A DNA stretch of 63,194 nt, filler included, from Phoronis australis (GCA_002633005.1; 5 parts of 5 records of this genome joined end to end with filler, not necessarily neighbours in it); one strand, 5' to 3'; numbered from the whole stretch's first letter, positions 49,401 through 62,190 are shown. Notes: generated from the letters alone by a model not told the origin. Program-made: numbers and translations.

Positions 49401-50852
49401 GTTGACTGACTAGTAAATGAAAGCAAACGACGACGGAACTTAACACAACCGAGGTAGAACAATGACTGAGTCGGCAGCTCTTTTAGTCAGACTATATGAA
49501 AAGAAATTGGCGCGAAATGCTTGCCTCCTAAAACGTCACTTCCGGAGTCGTGGACGAGTAATTGATAAAATTACGAAAAGCTGTAATTAAGTGGAAAATA
49601 TGTCTAGGATAACCAACCAACCTTATTTTAGCTCAAAATGACATGGAAAAAGGTTGCCTTCGCCTTTAAGACATTATCGGGAGATGAGGAACTCAAGAAG
49701 TAAAGATTAATAATTGTCAAATGTATCAAAGAAATGGTATAAGCGTATTGTATTGAAACTGAAAAAAATGAATAACGGTTTTAGAACACTCAGAATTCCA
49801 CAATTCCACGTTATACTCTTGTAGTTGTAGCGACAGCAGACGATAATGTAGTTGCTGGGGTGATCTATGCCAATAGGGAGCGATGAATCAGCGCGACCGT
49901 GGTTTTGCATTTCACATCATAAAGAGTTCCATTGCAACTCGAGTATGAGTGTCAGATTTGAGTACGTTTGGAGTCTACTCGAAATGCGACATTAGATACG
50001 CTTTTTTGAGTACGACTCCAGTGAGCACGATTTTGAGTATGAAATCTCGAGTATGAGTATGAGTCTGAGTACGAAGATTTGAGACCGGGCCCGGGTTAAC
50101 TTAAAAACAGAATGTATAACACTGTTTCATTTCATAGGATCAAAATTAAAACCGAAAGTTAACCTCAGCTGCAGAGTAGGCTTAAGATTGGACCTTTGAT
50201 TTAAATGACCAGAATTTACGACTGTCATCTCCACTGTAAACTGTTGAGGGAAACATTGTTGACATTTTTGCAATCTAATATCTCTAAACAATATCAAATT
50301 GAAGGTTGTCGGCAAAACTGCGTAGACTGGTAGAGACAATGCAGTGCGATTTACCTGCACGTACGAAACGATATTTCCCAGCCCTATCACGCAAGGGAGA
50401 TCCCAGTTGTGTCCAAAATTTTGTAAATAAATCCTCATTGGTTTTTCCCGATTATTCAATCAACTGTTCATCTTCCAGGAGGTTGCGTACATGCCACAAC
50501 AAATTATCGGAACTGGTTTCATTTAGTTAATGTTTTTAGTATTTTGATACCAGTAAGCCGAAATTCAGAACAAACTTTGCTGCTGGTGAAGCTTTCGTCA
50601 TCAGTCAAGAGAGATGTCGCGAAGAACTTAGGAAATGGTGCGTGTGCGTGCCACGAGCGCACTTCTTTATTACAAAAGGCGGAGAATTACGCAAGAAAAT
50701 GATGTTCGTTAGATTGTTTTTTCACTTAAGCAGCTGTAACGGGAAAAGTGAGTGTCAGTTGACTCCCAGATTTTGCATGCTCCTCCGCCGGTCGTTAGCT
50801 AAACATGCTGATATAAGTTTCACGACGATGTGACGAACAGAACAACCCGGGC

Positions 50853-52220
50853 TGTGTGGAGCTTCGGGGTATAACGAAGCTCAACACACAGATGTATATA
50901 GCCAATGCTCAGCTCTGTAAACAAGGTTTGTTTATTACCGGCCAAGTGGTACCTAGCTCAATTTTGATCATACACCTAGCTGGTTGGCTAAAATCAAAGC
51001 ACTTTTCATGAAACGTCTGTAATCCTAACTGCGCCACTGCTCTCACAATTGAACTTGTCATCGAAACTGATGTTGCTTACATTCAAGTGGAGCTGAAGCC
51101 GTTGAAGCGTTTCCGCGCCAGGATACTAGGAGCTACAAGGACGTCATCCTAATGAAAGACGTTAGATGTCGCGGCGACGAGTCAAATATCATTTTATGTA
51201 GGCACACACCAAGGCAACTGACCAATATTAACGCCTGCGAAAAGGTGGCAGGAGTCGTGTGTAGTACAGAGCCAGACATTTCCAGTGAGTACCAGACTGG
51301 GTTGTAACGTGGGTACTACTTACAGTGGGGATTTTTTAATCTGATTATATGTTGTCATCACTTTTGAGAAGGATATAATTCATAAGATTAGTACCGCCTC
51401 AGAGTAGACACGTAACCCGTGTGTAAATAAATATTTAAAGACACGCTCCACAAGGTTGTTAAATAATGGAACGCACTTTGGCTCAACTATTGCAAATTNG
51501 AGGCAGAGTACGCACAGGCACAGGCAGCTGTTGAGAGAAACGAGGCAGCTACTGAGGACAGACGTGGTGACACATGTGTGGAGCTTCGGGGTATAACGAA
51601 GCTCAACACACAGAGGTATATAGCCAATGCTAAGCTCTGTAAACAAGGTTTGTTTATTACCGGCCAAGTGGTACCTAGCTCAATTTTGATCATACACCTA
51701 GCTGGTTGGCTAAACTCAAAGCACTTTTCATGAAACGTCTGTAATCCTAACTGCGCCACTGCTCTCACAATTGAACTTGTCATCGAAACTGATGTTGCTT
51801 ACATTCAAGTGGAGCTGAAGCCATTGAAGCGTTTCCGCGCCAGGATACTAGGAGCTACAAGGATGTCATCCTAATGAAAGACGTAAGATGTCGCGGCGAC
51901 GAGTCAAATATCATTTTATGTAGGCACACACCAAGGCAGCTGACCAATATTAACGCCTGCGAAAAGGTGGCAGGAGTCGTGTGTAGTACAGAGCCAGACA
52001 TTTCCAGTGAGTACCAGACTGGATTGTAACATGGGTACTACTTACAGTGGGGATTTTTTAATCTGATTATATGTTGTCATCACTTTTGAGAAGGATATAA
52101 TTCATAAGATTAGTACCGCCTCAGAGTAGACACGTAACCCGTCTGTAAATAAATATTTAAAGACACGCTCCACAAGGTTGTTAAATAATGGAACGCACTT
52201 TGGCTCAACTATTGCAAATT
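50853..52220 (+). repeat. ~646-bp near-identical duplication across a single N (probable haplotype overlap)
   Basis: 50853-51498 = 51575-52220 with few SNPs; N at 51499. Confidence 0.85.
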
Positions 52221-52238
52221 AAAATCGTAGCTGTGGTA

Positions 52239-52547
52239 GTTCTAAGGCCTGAATGAAGCAAAATACAGCACCAGTTCCTAACTAAAACCGAAAAGTCATT
52301 TAATGAAAGAAGTCGACATTTTCCACACACATGTCTTGTTCTCGACGCTAAGTTATACTGCCGTAAGTTGATGTCATGATTTGTGAAAATATNGTTCTAA
52401 GGCCTGAATGAAGCAAAATACAGCACCAGTTCCTAACTAAAACCGAAAAGTCATTTAATGAAAGAAGTCAACATTTTCCACACACATGTCTTGTTCTCGA
52501 CGCTAAGTTATACTGCCGTAAGTTGATGTCATGATTTGTGAAAATAT
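52239..52547 (+). repeat. 154-bp duplication across a single N (probable contig overlap)
   Basis: 52239-52392 = 52394-52547; N at 52393. Confidence 0.85.
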
Positions 52548-53027
52548 GTCAACAGTTAACCTAATGGCCTAGTGTGTACTTGACTGCCTTTGGCTAATTT
52601 AAAAACGAGATCGACTCTCGACATCTTAATCTGACGTAACCGGAAACAAACGTGGAAGTATCCATTTTGAAGGTGGTCTTTTTCTTTACATTTGGGTTGC
52701 TAATTCTAATACAGGGAACGTGAACAGAACAGAGGATAGTTATTCTATAATGCAGGTATGGTTTTAAACTATTGTAAAGCTCGCACAATTTCTTTGGCAA
52801 ACACTGTTTGCAAAATCTGCAATCAAAGCCAGCACACGAGAATAGCAGTGGTTTTTGACTGCCACACATGGAAATTTGGGCTGAGGTCACGTGCCCCTTT
52901 TCAAATTGTAATATAGACCATATTTACGATCACGTGGAGAGCTGCTACTACTGCAGTGGTGGATAGTCCCGACAAAACAACCTGGCCCTCCATAGTATCG
53001 TTGCGGAATCGCCACCAGGGTGAAATG

Positions 53028-54478
53028 AAATATTGCAGAAGCCATTTTGAAGTCTGTACTATCGCAATAGATTATCTTCGAAGTTTTTTACGATAGTTAA
53101 TAAAACTGTTAACATAAAGAATTGTACCGCGCAAAAGGGAAGCAAGCGAAATGTGTGCACACAGCGTCTTATATCCACGATGCCAAGCTTTTTAGCCAAT
53201 TCATAGATTACAACAACCCGTTGACACGCCAAGATTCATCCATGGGTGTCTAGTCGATTTAAGCAGGTGCCACAAATAGTATCAAATACCAGTTTTTCAG
53301 TTAACAATAGTTTATTTTCGGCGTCAAGACTAATTCACGTGCGTAGTCCTCCAGATTTCTTTCAAGAGTGTATTTGGTAAAATTTCACTTCAGCTTATTT
53401 CAAACCTTATTCACAAAAATTGGCAATTACAATATTACACGTGTGTCGAGCAAAATATTTTCATTCTCTTGGAAAAACGAATACTCGTAGCGAGAAAAAA
53501 ATAGCAGAACCACCTTGTAACCGCACAGCCGCATGGATATCTGTTTACTACTTATCCGAGGTCAAAAGTTACACGACTGTCACTCGAATCGAATCTATAC
53601 CGCCATGCAGGTACAGAGCATCAGTCCTTTCATTCACATTGAGTCTACGAGACGTACACATGATTGAACGGTGTCGGGGAAAATAAAGACAAAACGTAGT
53701 TTAGACCCTGGGCTGAGGGAGTTGTGTGTCCACATGCATACGACCGTTGAGANAAATATTGCAGAAGCCATTTTGAAGTCTGTACTATCGCAATAGATTA
53801 TCTTCGAAGTTTTTTACGATAGTTAATAACACTGTTAACATAAAGAACTGTACCGCGCAAAAGGGAAGCAAGCGAAATGTGTGCACACAGCGTCTTATAT
53901 CCACGATGCCAAGCTTTTTAGTCAATTCATAGATTACAACAACCCGTTGACACGCCAAGATTCATCCATGGGTGTCTAGTCGATTTAAGCAGGTGCCACA
54001 AATAGTATCAAATAGCAGTTTTTCAGTTAACAATGGTTTATTTTCGGCGTCAAGACTAATTCACGTGCGTAGTCCTCCAGATTTCTTTCAAGAGTGTATT
54101 TCGTAAAATTTCACTTCAGCTTATTTCAAACCTTATTCACAAAAATTGGCAATTACAATATTACACGTGTGTCGAGCAAAATATCTTCATTCTCTTGGAA
54201 AAACGAATATTCGTAGCGAGAAAAAAATAGCAGAACCACCTTGTAACCGCACAGCCGCATGGATATCTGTTTACTACTTATCCGAGGTCAAAAGTTACAC
54301 GACTGTCACTCAAATCGAATCTATACCGCCATGCAGGTACAGAGCATCAGTCCTTTCATTCACATTGAGTCTACGAGACGTACACATGATTGAACGGTGC
54401 CGGGGAAAATAAAGACAAAACGTAGTTTAGACCCTGGGCTGAGGGAGTTGTGTGTCCACATGCATACGACCGTTGAGA
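53028..54478 (+). repeat. 725-bp duplication across a single N (probable haplotype overlap)
   Basis: 53028-53752 = 53754-54478 with ~1% differences; N at 53753. Confidence 0.85.
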
Positions 54479-57443
54479 ACAAATTCAACTAGTCGCCTCT
54501 GTGGTCACGAACAGCAAGTTGGCAAAAAGATAAAACCTCATCCAAATTCCTTTATTCACTAAGTAATTTAACATTTCGCTGTTTTGATCTCGTGCTAACG
54601 ACGTGCTATAACACCGACTCGATTTCCGTTATCCCTTTCTTACTTGGTTTCGGTACGTGATGTGTACAGAGTTTTTGGGTAACGATGAACTGTTGACCTA
54701 CTTTTAAGTGGGTCAAACAGCAGTAACAGTTGACCCCACGTACCTGTTCATTGGGGACGGTACGTTTTGGCGATTATTACATTAAATACGTAATGCAAAT
54801 TCTGTTGAAATTGCGAGTGAGTGTTGAAATAGCTAGCATGGTTAAGGCACGTAAACGTTTTATCACCGAAAACAAGTTTTCACCGCATAATTAATCCAAT
54901 ACTGATATGTTTACTAGTCCCAGTTTAATCGGCCTCCGCAAATCGACTTCTCGAAAACGGCTCGGTGTATTTCGCTGAAACTTTTAAATTTATTATTTAT
55001 TCATCAATCTAAAAAACGCGCTTAAGATTTTCGATAAAAAGATCTAGTTTTTGCATAATCTAGCAAAGACGAGTACGACTTTTATTTTTTACGATTTGCA
55101 ATTTGATTCGTCATAGAAACCAGACGAAAAGACTAATCCATTATTCCTAACGTGAGTTTCTTTTACTTTAACATATTTATATAGATGAATGTCCGACTGA
55201 TTGTAATTTCTGCGATATCCTATCAGCAACGGACATATACGTTTACCAAATGTCCTGGGTACAATGTTGACATCACGGCGCATGGCGTATTTCATTCCGG
55301 CACCACTGTACAGCACTAAAACTTCTGAGGAGAAAACGCTCTCAATGACATTTTTGCGATTCAATGAAATAGACATTTGAAATCAAGAAAACATTAAATT
55401 AATCACAAAATCATTCACTTTAAAAGAAATGGTGAGATGTCAAATAATCTGATTGATGATTAATTGGAATTATCGTTGCATTTCCGTCCTACTTACTGGT
55501 GGGTTGTTAAAGAAATGCATTGAGTTCTAATTAAGCCGATTGCATTCAAATTTGTTTAACACATTAGTGATAGGGGGCTTAGATTACTGGGCTCTTAGGA
55601 GTGTAAAATTTTTTAGAGTTACTTAGAGGAATCGACACTTTGCACCACTCTTGGTGGAAACATCAGTCTTCACTGAAGCTACANNNNNNNNNNNNNNNNN
55701 NNNNNNNNNNNNNNNNNNNNNNNNNNNNNNNNNNNNNNNNNNNNNNNNNNNNNNNNNNNNNNNNNNNNNNNNNNNNNNNNNNNNNNNNNNNNNNNNNNNN
55801 NNNNNNNNNNNNNNNNGGGCATATCTTGAGAGATCAATGTTGCTTTTGGCATTTGAACTTAGGAAACATTTGCTGTCCCTCGGTCCCTATGACCCAATAT
55901 ATATTGGATTTCCGAAGAAGTGTCGAGAGTACATTTTGGATGCAACGATTTTGTCAAATCGCTTTTTGTTCCCAAAAAGAAACCAGGGCGTTTTTTGTGA
56001 AAAGTCTTCATAGCACAATGATAAAACATGTACACCTTAGGCCTACCTGATGTACCCGGGATTTCCGATAAAGTGCCTAGGACGTTCTTTCGGAAACAAC
56101 ACTTTCTTCAAGCTCCGTTGTTCCCAAAAAGCACAACTGAACCAAAATTGTTTAATCGTTTCGCTATTGCTGTAAAACTTGATACTACTCGTGCCACCTA
56201 TCTAGGTAGGATCTTTTCGTATTTTAGACCGAGGCGGGACTGTACGTTGCGTGGTGACTGAAAATGCAGACACTGGACTAAAATGCGAGTATGACTTGAT
56301 TTTTTTCGTTTGGTGCCATCAAACAAAACATAAATTGTCACCTCATGCACAAAACGGCTCTTATTCAGAACCACAAATGAAAAAAAGGCAACTACAAAAT
56401 TTCAGGGGAAATACGTCCGTCATCAGTAGCTTTTTGGGAGATTTCTACCAGTAGAAAAAGTTCTGTAGAACTAGTTTCTTGCATAGAAAGCGAGATCTCG
56501 CAAGACTTCGCAAAATCACGTTACCTAGAAAAATGGCGGCAGCTGAAGGGGTTGGATGGTGACGTTGAGATGTTGAATTATGGGATCGAATTCGTGCACT
56601 ATGGGATTGAATTCACTGTTTCCATTCCGTAAGCAAAGACTTCTTGCAAGGTAATGCATTGCGGTCTACAGATCTCTGTACTTTATCGAAAGTCCCCGGC
56701 AGTCCTTAGGATCGGTCCGCATTTGCATAATGCAGGCTTTATACTAGAAACCGCCAATTTGAAATGAAATTCAGGGCGCAAAATTCAACTGTGGCTAAAA
56801 ATACAAGTCAACCTAAGTTTATTAGTGTCACTCTATGTAGGAAGTTGTATCCCATTTCAACCAATCAGAACACCGAAGTATCATTTAGAATACCAGTTAT
56901 AAAAAATCATGAAAATTAATAATCGGTCTAATTTAAGTATGTGATGAATCAGTCAGTTCCTCGAACTTATTCGTGATACAAGTGGAAAAGGTAACCTAGG
57001 ACTAACAACCACCCACAGTTCCAGATCAAAACACAAACATTAACGTCGTGCATAATATCCCCTGTGGTGATTGACAAAAACTGGCCGAGGGGAGGAACAT
57101 ACAACATGCTCTTCCAGTTCACGACCCAGGTTAAGTCCAAAACAGCGTGTGTGTAGTTATAGACAAGGGACAGCGTTGTGCGGTAGAACTTATGGTGTGG
57201 TTACCCAATTGGTGGTATAAAAACAAACCACTAGGTTTCCACACACAATCATTGAATTCCCGGCACAACAATTAAGTGCGAGTGAACTAGCTAAATATAC
57301 TTCTTTTAACTTGAAGCTCTGTCTAATTATCATAATAAATCGAAATAGCAAGGAGCAACCCATTCTCAGACAGCGGGTATAATTTTGGCGTTAGCCGTCT
57401 GAACTGAAAAACCTGATTCGCAAATCTTCATTTGTCATTTCAG

Positions 57444-57689
57444 AGGAATGCCTCCGTCCGGACGATAAATTTGGCTTTCTCTACAGAGGATCCTTAAGCA
57501 AAACATGGAGTGGTCGAACATGCCAGGCGTGGCAGGTGCACTCTCCTCATTGGCACACCATGTTTTTAGTGTACCATGACGATCAGAATTATTGTCGAAA
57601 TGTTCCGAACCGTGAAGAATTTGTCCCTTGGTGTTATACTACTGACCCGAATTCCCGGTGGGAAAGTTGTGTCATACCCAAATGCCCTG
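57444..57689 (+). CDS. Single exon encoding a complete kringle domain
   Basis: catttcag/gtacgt, phase 1-1, open frame: ECLRPDDKFGFLYRGSLSKTWSGRTCQAWQVHSPHWH...QNYCRNVPNREEFVPWCYTTDPNSRWESCVIPKC (all 6 Cys). Confidence 0.92.
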
Positions 57690-58099
57690 GTACGTAAGTG
57701 AACGCGCGAGGCGGAAGAATGAGAATATGGCGCTGAGTAGGACATGTAACGAAAGAGATGGAGTTTGAGAACGCATGTGTGGTGCCAAGAAGAGGGATAG
57801 AGGAACTCAGTTTACTTTTCAAAACGATCAAAACAAATGATTGTGGGGATAGACAGAGTACCGCGGGCACGTGCTGCTCAAGCCTCAATCTCAGCCCAAA
57901 TGAAACAACATGGCTAAATTGTGTTCTGTGGTATTTATTCACGGGAACATTTCAAACGGGGGGCTTTTGAGATGATATTGTGGCTGTACNNNNNNNNNNN
58001 NNNNNNNNNNNNNNNNNNNNNNNNNNNNNNNNNTTAATTAATTAANNNNNNNNNNNNNNNNNNNNNNNNNNNNNNNNNNNNNNNNNNNNAACATGTATG

Positions 58100-59205
58100 A
58101 AAATATAAGCTGTATGTGTCCTAATTCGTCTTATTCACTTTTTAAGGGAATCCTCCAAGCTTATAAATTTCAAGTACATGTAAAATCCTATTTTAATCAC
58201 TGTTCTTTGACGTACTTTAATTATGGCAGCTCACTGAGAAAGCCCAGTACCGTGCATTACGCTTTGTGTACCGACGTACTTGTCTTTCTACCCATTACCA
58301 CTGAACTTGGCCAAATTTGTGCAGTTGAGACGTAAAGTCTTATAAACAGAAGTATTCGAGAATGTCAACAGACTTGGTCCAGGTATCTTAGGAAACTCTT
58401 TCAAGCTAAAAGGATACTATAAACACTGTTTTGGTGCTTTTAACCAACCCTCGTCATCACCTGTTAATGCACCATTGTCTCACTTGAAATATAAATGTTG
58501 AATTCAAATAAAAACACACATTGTCTGTGTCAAAATTCGATATTGCGGTTCTTGGCGGGTGGGTTTTCCTTAACAGTTGTTGTGTAACTAGCGTAGGTCG
58601 CGCTTGCCCGTTTAGCAGACTTCGAACGTTTTCAAACTTTGCTCCAAACTTCTGAGGGATGTCGAGGGTTACAACTCATCATTTTCTTTTAGAGAACTGG
58701 GTGAGAAAGTCGTTTTTAATATCTGTTAAAAGGTCGAAGTCGGGTTTGGTATCCTTTTAAAGTTCACCACTGCGCCTTACGAAATGAGAGATCTCTCGTG
58801 CTACCTGACGCCAAGTACCAAAATGATCAAAACTCCTTGGACCGTTATGAAGAAGTAAAAATGTGGAACTGTTCGATCTAAGGCACATTTATGGAATGAA
58901 GGAGTTCTCACTGGCTAACTCAACTTCACAAGGATCTGCAAATGGAATAGCTGTGAAATTTGCAGAATGCTTCCATATACGTTCAGTTTTATGACCTGCA
59001 TACTCATATATTGTCAGGTCATTTTTTTCTTTAAGTGTTTCCTAAGATCTGTACAACCATGGCAATTTTATAAATTATGTTATGTGGTTTTAATTAGTTG
59101 GTCGTAACTAGCATGTGAGTTAATGTTGATGTAGTGTGTATCTTGATCCGATTTTCAATAAAGTTTATCTACTGCTACTGCTGCTGCTGCTGCTGCTGCT
59201 GCTGT
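58100..59205 (+). mobile_element. Possible 3' remnant of a CR1/L2-type LINE ending in AATAAA and a (CTG)n tail
   Basis: SYFNHCSL and LRRK...EVFENVNRLGP.YL-like peptides; caataaag at ~59155 followed by (ctg)n; may be more than one fragment. Confidence 0.45.
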
Positions 59206-62190
59206 AATATAAATCTCCACCTTAGGCTCCCACAACTTGAATCCTTTTAGGGTTCTATATCTTTACAGTTTTGACCTCCAGATCAAACTGGACTTGAACT
59301 GCAGCCTCCGACAATACAAACCAAGGTATTACACAAGTTTAAAAAGACCTACATTGATCACTAAGTACTATTTGCAAGGAAACTGCCTATTCCGACGAAA
59401 ATGGGATCCTAATGTTTGAACGAATTTGTTGCTGGGATACTGTGGCTACAAAGCGATATGCACGTCTCTAATTAAAGTTATTTAACTATGTTTGTACCAG
59501 GTGTTGCAACACGCTTATTGTAACGATAATTGAAAGCGATGTCATTTTCTTGCGTATGGCATTTGTGCCGTGGTGTGCAGGAACACAATGAACAAAAATG
59601 ACGTAATTAGAGCTTTCTCTGGACTCAATGACTTTTCCAGACTATGCCAGTTCTGAACGTCTGGTAGCATCTGGCTCCTTAGTTAACTGCTTAGCACAGT
59701 CTTTTGTTTGGTATGACAACACGCAGGCCAATTCAAAGAGTTTCTGAAACTGCAATGCGTTCAGGCAAAATAGATTGCCTTCTGTGCTTCGAATCAGTTG
59801 ATGAACGCTATTGTTAGGAGTGCTGTTTTGCATTGTGGGCAACATTTTCGTTCCTGCACACCAGGTCACAAGGCCAAAGGGCCATTTTCTGCAAACATTC
59901 TTTATTTGACGTTTTTGAAACAATAACAGACTAGACCACACATTTATTAGAACACCATTCAACAAAATAACAATACCTTACAAGTTTTATTAAATTTAGA
60001 CATAGCATGACCTCATGCATTTTACACTTTAAAAGAACATTATTTTTTAAGATGTCTTTGACTAACTTGGCATATTCTGCTCACTACAACAAGCATTGTG
60101 ACCCTTACCAAGAATAATGGCATGAACATAGAAACTTTTGAAACTGAAAGAGGAGCAAGGAGTAAAGGTCAGGTGGTCTGAGTGAGCTGTGTAGTACGGC
60201 TTTGTCGCCTGACTGGTAACATCCCGAGTGAAGAATTTTTCATCAATTTCGTTTTTAAAGAAATTGAATTGGAAGTTTCAAAATACATTTCAAAGTAAAT
60301 CGAATATGCCAAATTTACCAAATTTACCTAAAAGAATGTAAATTTTCCCCTTAAATGACACCAGAATTGACCTTCATGCAGCTTTTAGTACACGATTTCA
60401 TGAATAAATAATAATTTTCACCACTTCGCTAAAACTACACGAGTGGAAAAATTCCATTGATACTTAATAGACTTATTTAAATTTTAAAGCCAAAGCAAAA
60501 CAATCAAAAATATTTATTTTGAAAGCTGAATACCTGAAAGACAAACCTCTTCAGATGAAGTGTCAACTGACTGGGCACTGCACACACTCTTAACCCATCT
60601 GTGACATCATTACCTGACTTCCAACTCCAGAAAAAACTGAGAGCTTATGTCCTTAAGAATACAAATCACCATTGTTTTGTTCTGGAATTGACCTAATTGT
60701 TGGCAGAGTACTGTTAGGATCCTAACATAAAGCACAATTTTGAAAAGTCTGACATCAGACAAAACGAATTACCATTAATCAGTGAACAGAAACCCAGGTA
60801 TCCTATTTCGGATTACCTGTTATAGTTGCTAGGCAACTGAGAACTTGAACCAGGTGGTCTGCTTGTACTCGTCGCCAGGGCGGATAACTGAATTTGGAAA
60901 GGATGGNNNNNNNNNNNNNNNNNNNNNNNNNNNNNNNNNNNNNNNNNNNNTTAATTAATTAANNNNNNNNNNNNNNNNNNNNNNNNNNNNNNNNNNNNNN
61001 NNNNNNCCCCCCTAGTGGTTTTCTATTGGTTTTGTCCTTTGTCATCTGCCTCCCTATCCTGTAAACTTCTTTAAAATGGTGATGGTGAAAGGTAGCTAGT
61101 GGTCTTCCCATTAGGAGAGCGTTTCTGACTTGCTTCGCTGCCCCTAGAGGCCAGCATTGAGTTTTCTATCATTGCTCCGTTAAGTGGGATTGTTTAAATA
61201 ATGATTATCTCTTGTATTTGCGCTATATGCAATGCAAACGGTGGGTGCATATCCACACTCCATATTGCTCATATTTGGGAAATTAATGTGTGTCTTTTAT
61301 TCAATGTGTTTGTAGGAGTACATTCATCGTGTTGGCCGTACAGCTCGTGGAGAGGGTGGGGTCGGGCACGCTCTATTGATACTACGACCTGATGAGCTGG
61401 GCTTCCTAAGATACCTAAAGCAAGCTAGGGTGCCCCTTAGTGAATTTGAATTCTCGTGGAGTAAAGTGTCCAATATTCAGCCTCAGGTATGCGCCTTACT
61501 GTAGATTCATTTAGTGATGTAAGTTAAGTTGTGTTGTCGTTTGAGATTCAGTCATCTTCACACATTCTCCTTGTTTTGTTTGTGACATGAAAACTTGAAG
61601 TCTATTGTTTGTCACTTATAGATCTACTGGAGTACTTTGGATTGTTACGTAGCAGACATGGGTTTTGCTGTTACTGTGTTGTTTGTTCATGGAACAAGTT
61701 TGGAAGTTGAGAAGCAGGACTTTTTGACTTTTTTGAGTGTGTATGTCTATCTTTAAATGGTGGACGGTTAATTGATACAGAAATCTTTTATATTTGAGTA
61801 CTGCAAGGTCTATTTTTTGGGGTTTTTTTGCTGGTTATTTTTAGAAAAAAGTGATTAGTTTGACATCAGTCAAATATGCAGAATTTAAAGCCAACCTGAG
61901 GTACGAAGTCACACTGTTGTGAGAGTAGAGACATCATTACACTCCAAGTTAGGTTAACTCATGATGAAAACCAACCTTGCCTGACTTTACTGAAGCACTG
62001 TTTCTTCCTATTCCGTTTGTGTTAGCGTATCTGTCTTGGTTTTAAAAAGTTATTCAAAGTTCGTTTTGGAGTATCCAAATTGGCCCAGAAATAATAACGT
62101 GGCATCTTTTGTTTGCTGTAAATCTGAGTTCCAAAAACTTTTGGCTCTAAAGCAATACCGTGAGTCTGTCACCAGCATGATGAAACACTT

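Larger units (their letters stand above)
47974..49665. mobile_element. Kolobok-type DNA transposon family 2, internally deleted (1692 bp), with ~158-bp TIRs
   Basis: TTAA duplication (47970-47973, 49666-49669); AGG...CCT ends; near-perfect TIRs; convergent KolX-like (+) and THAP-transposase (-) remnants. Confidence 0.9.
42203..50091. mobile_element. Outer PIF/Harbinger-like non-autonomous element hosting nested insertions
   Basis: TIR ggcccggtctc.aatct.cgtactcagactc plus subterminal (act)cgagta repeats at both ends; 3-bp flanks CAG / CGG. Confidence 0.7.

Noticed and set aside
53420-54412. Two near-identical 88-aa ORFs resembling a tandem gene pair
   Set aside because: They lie in a duplication split by a single N (probable haplotype overlap), start at TTG and have no recognisable domain
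59642-59965. 107-aa minus-strand ORF and a 14-bp inverted repeat (59571-59584 / 59850-59863)
   Set aside because: No recognisable domain or supporting exon chain; could be chance or repeat debris
30787-61006. Recurrent TTAATTAATTAA palindrome
   Set aside because: Always centred in a 100-nt N block; an artificial six-frame stop linker marking gaps, not biology
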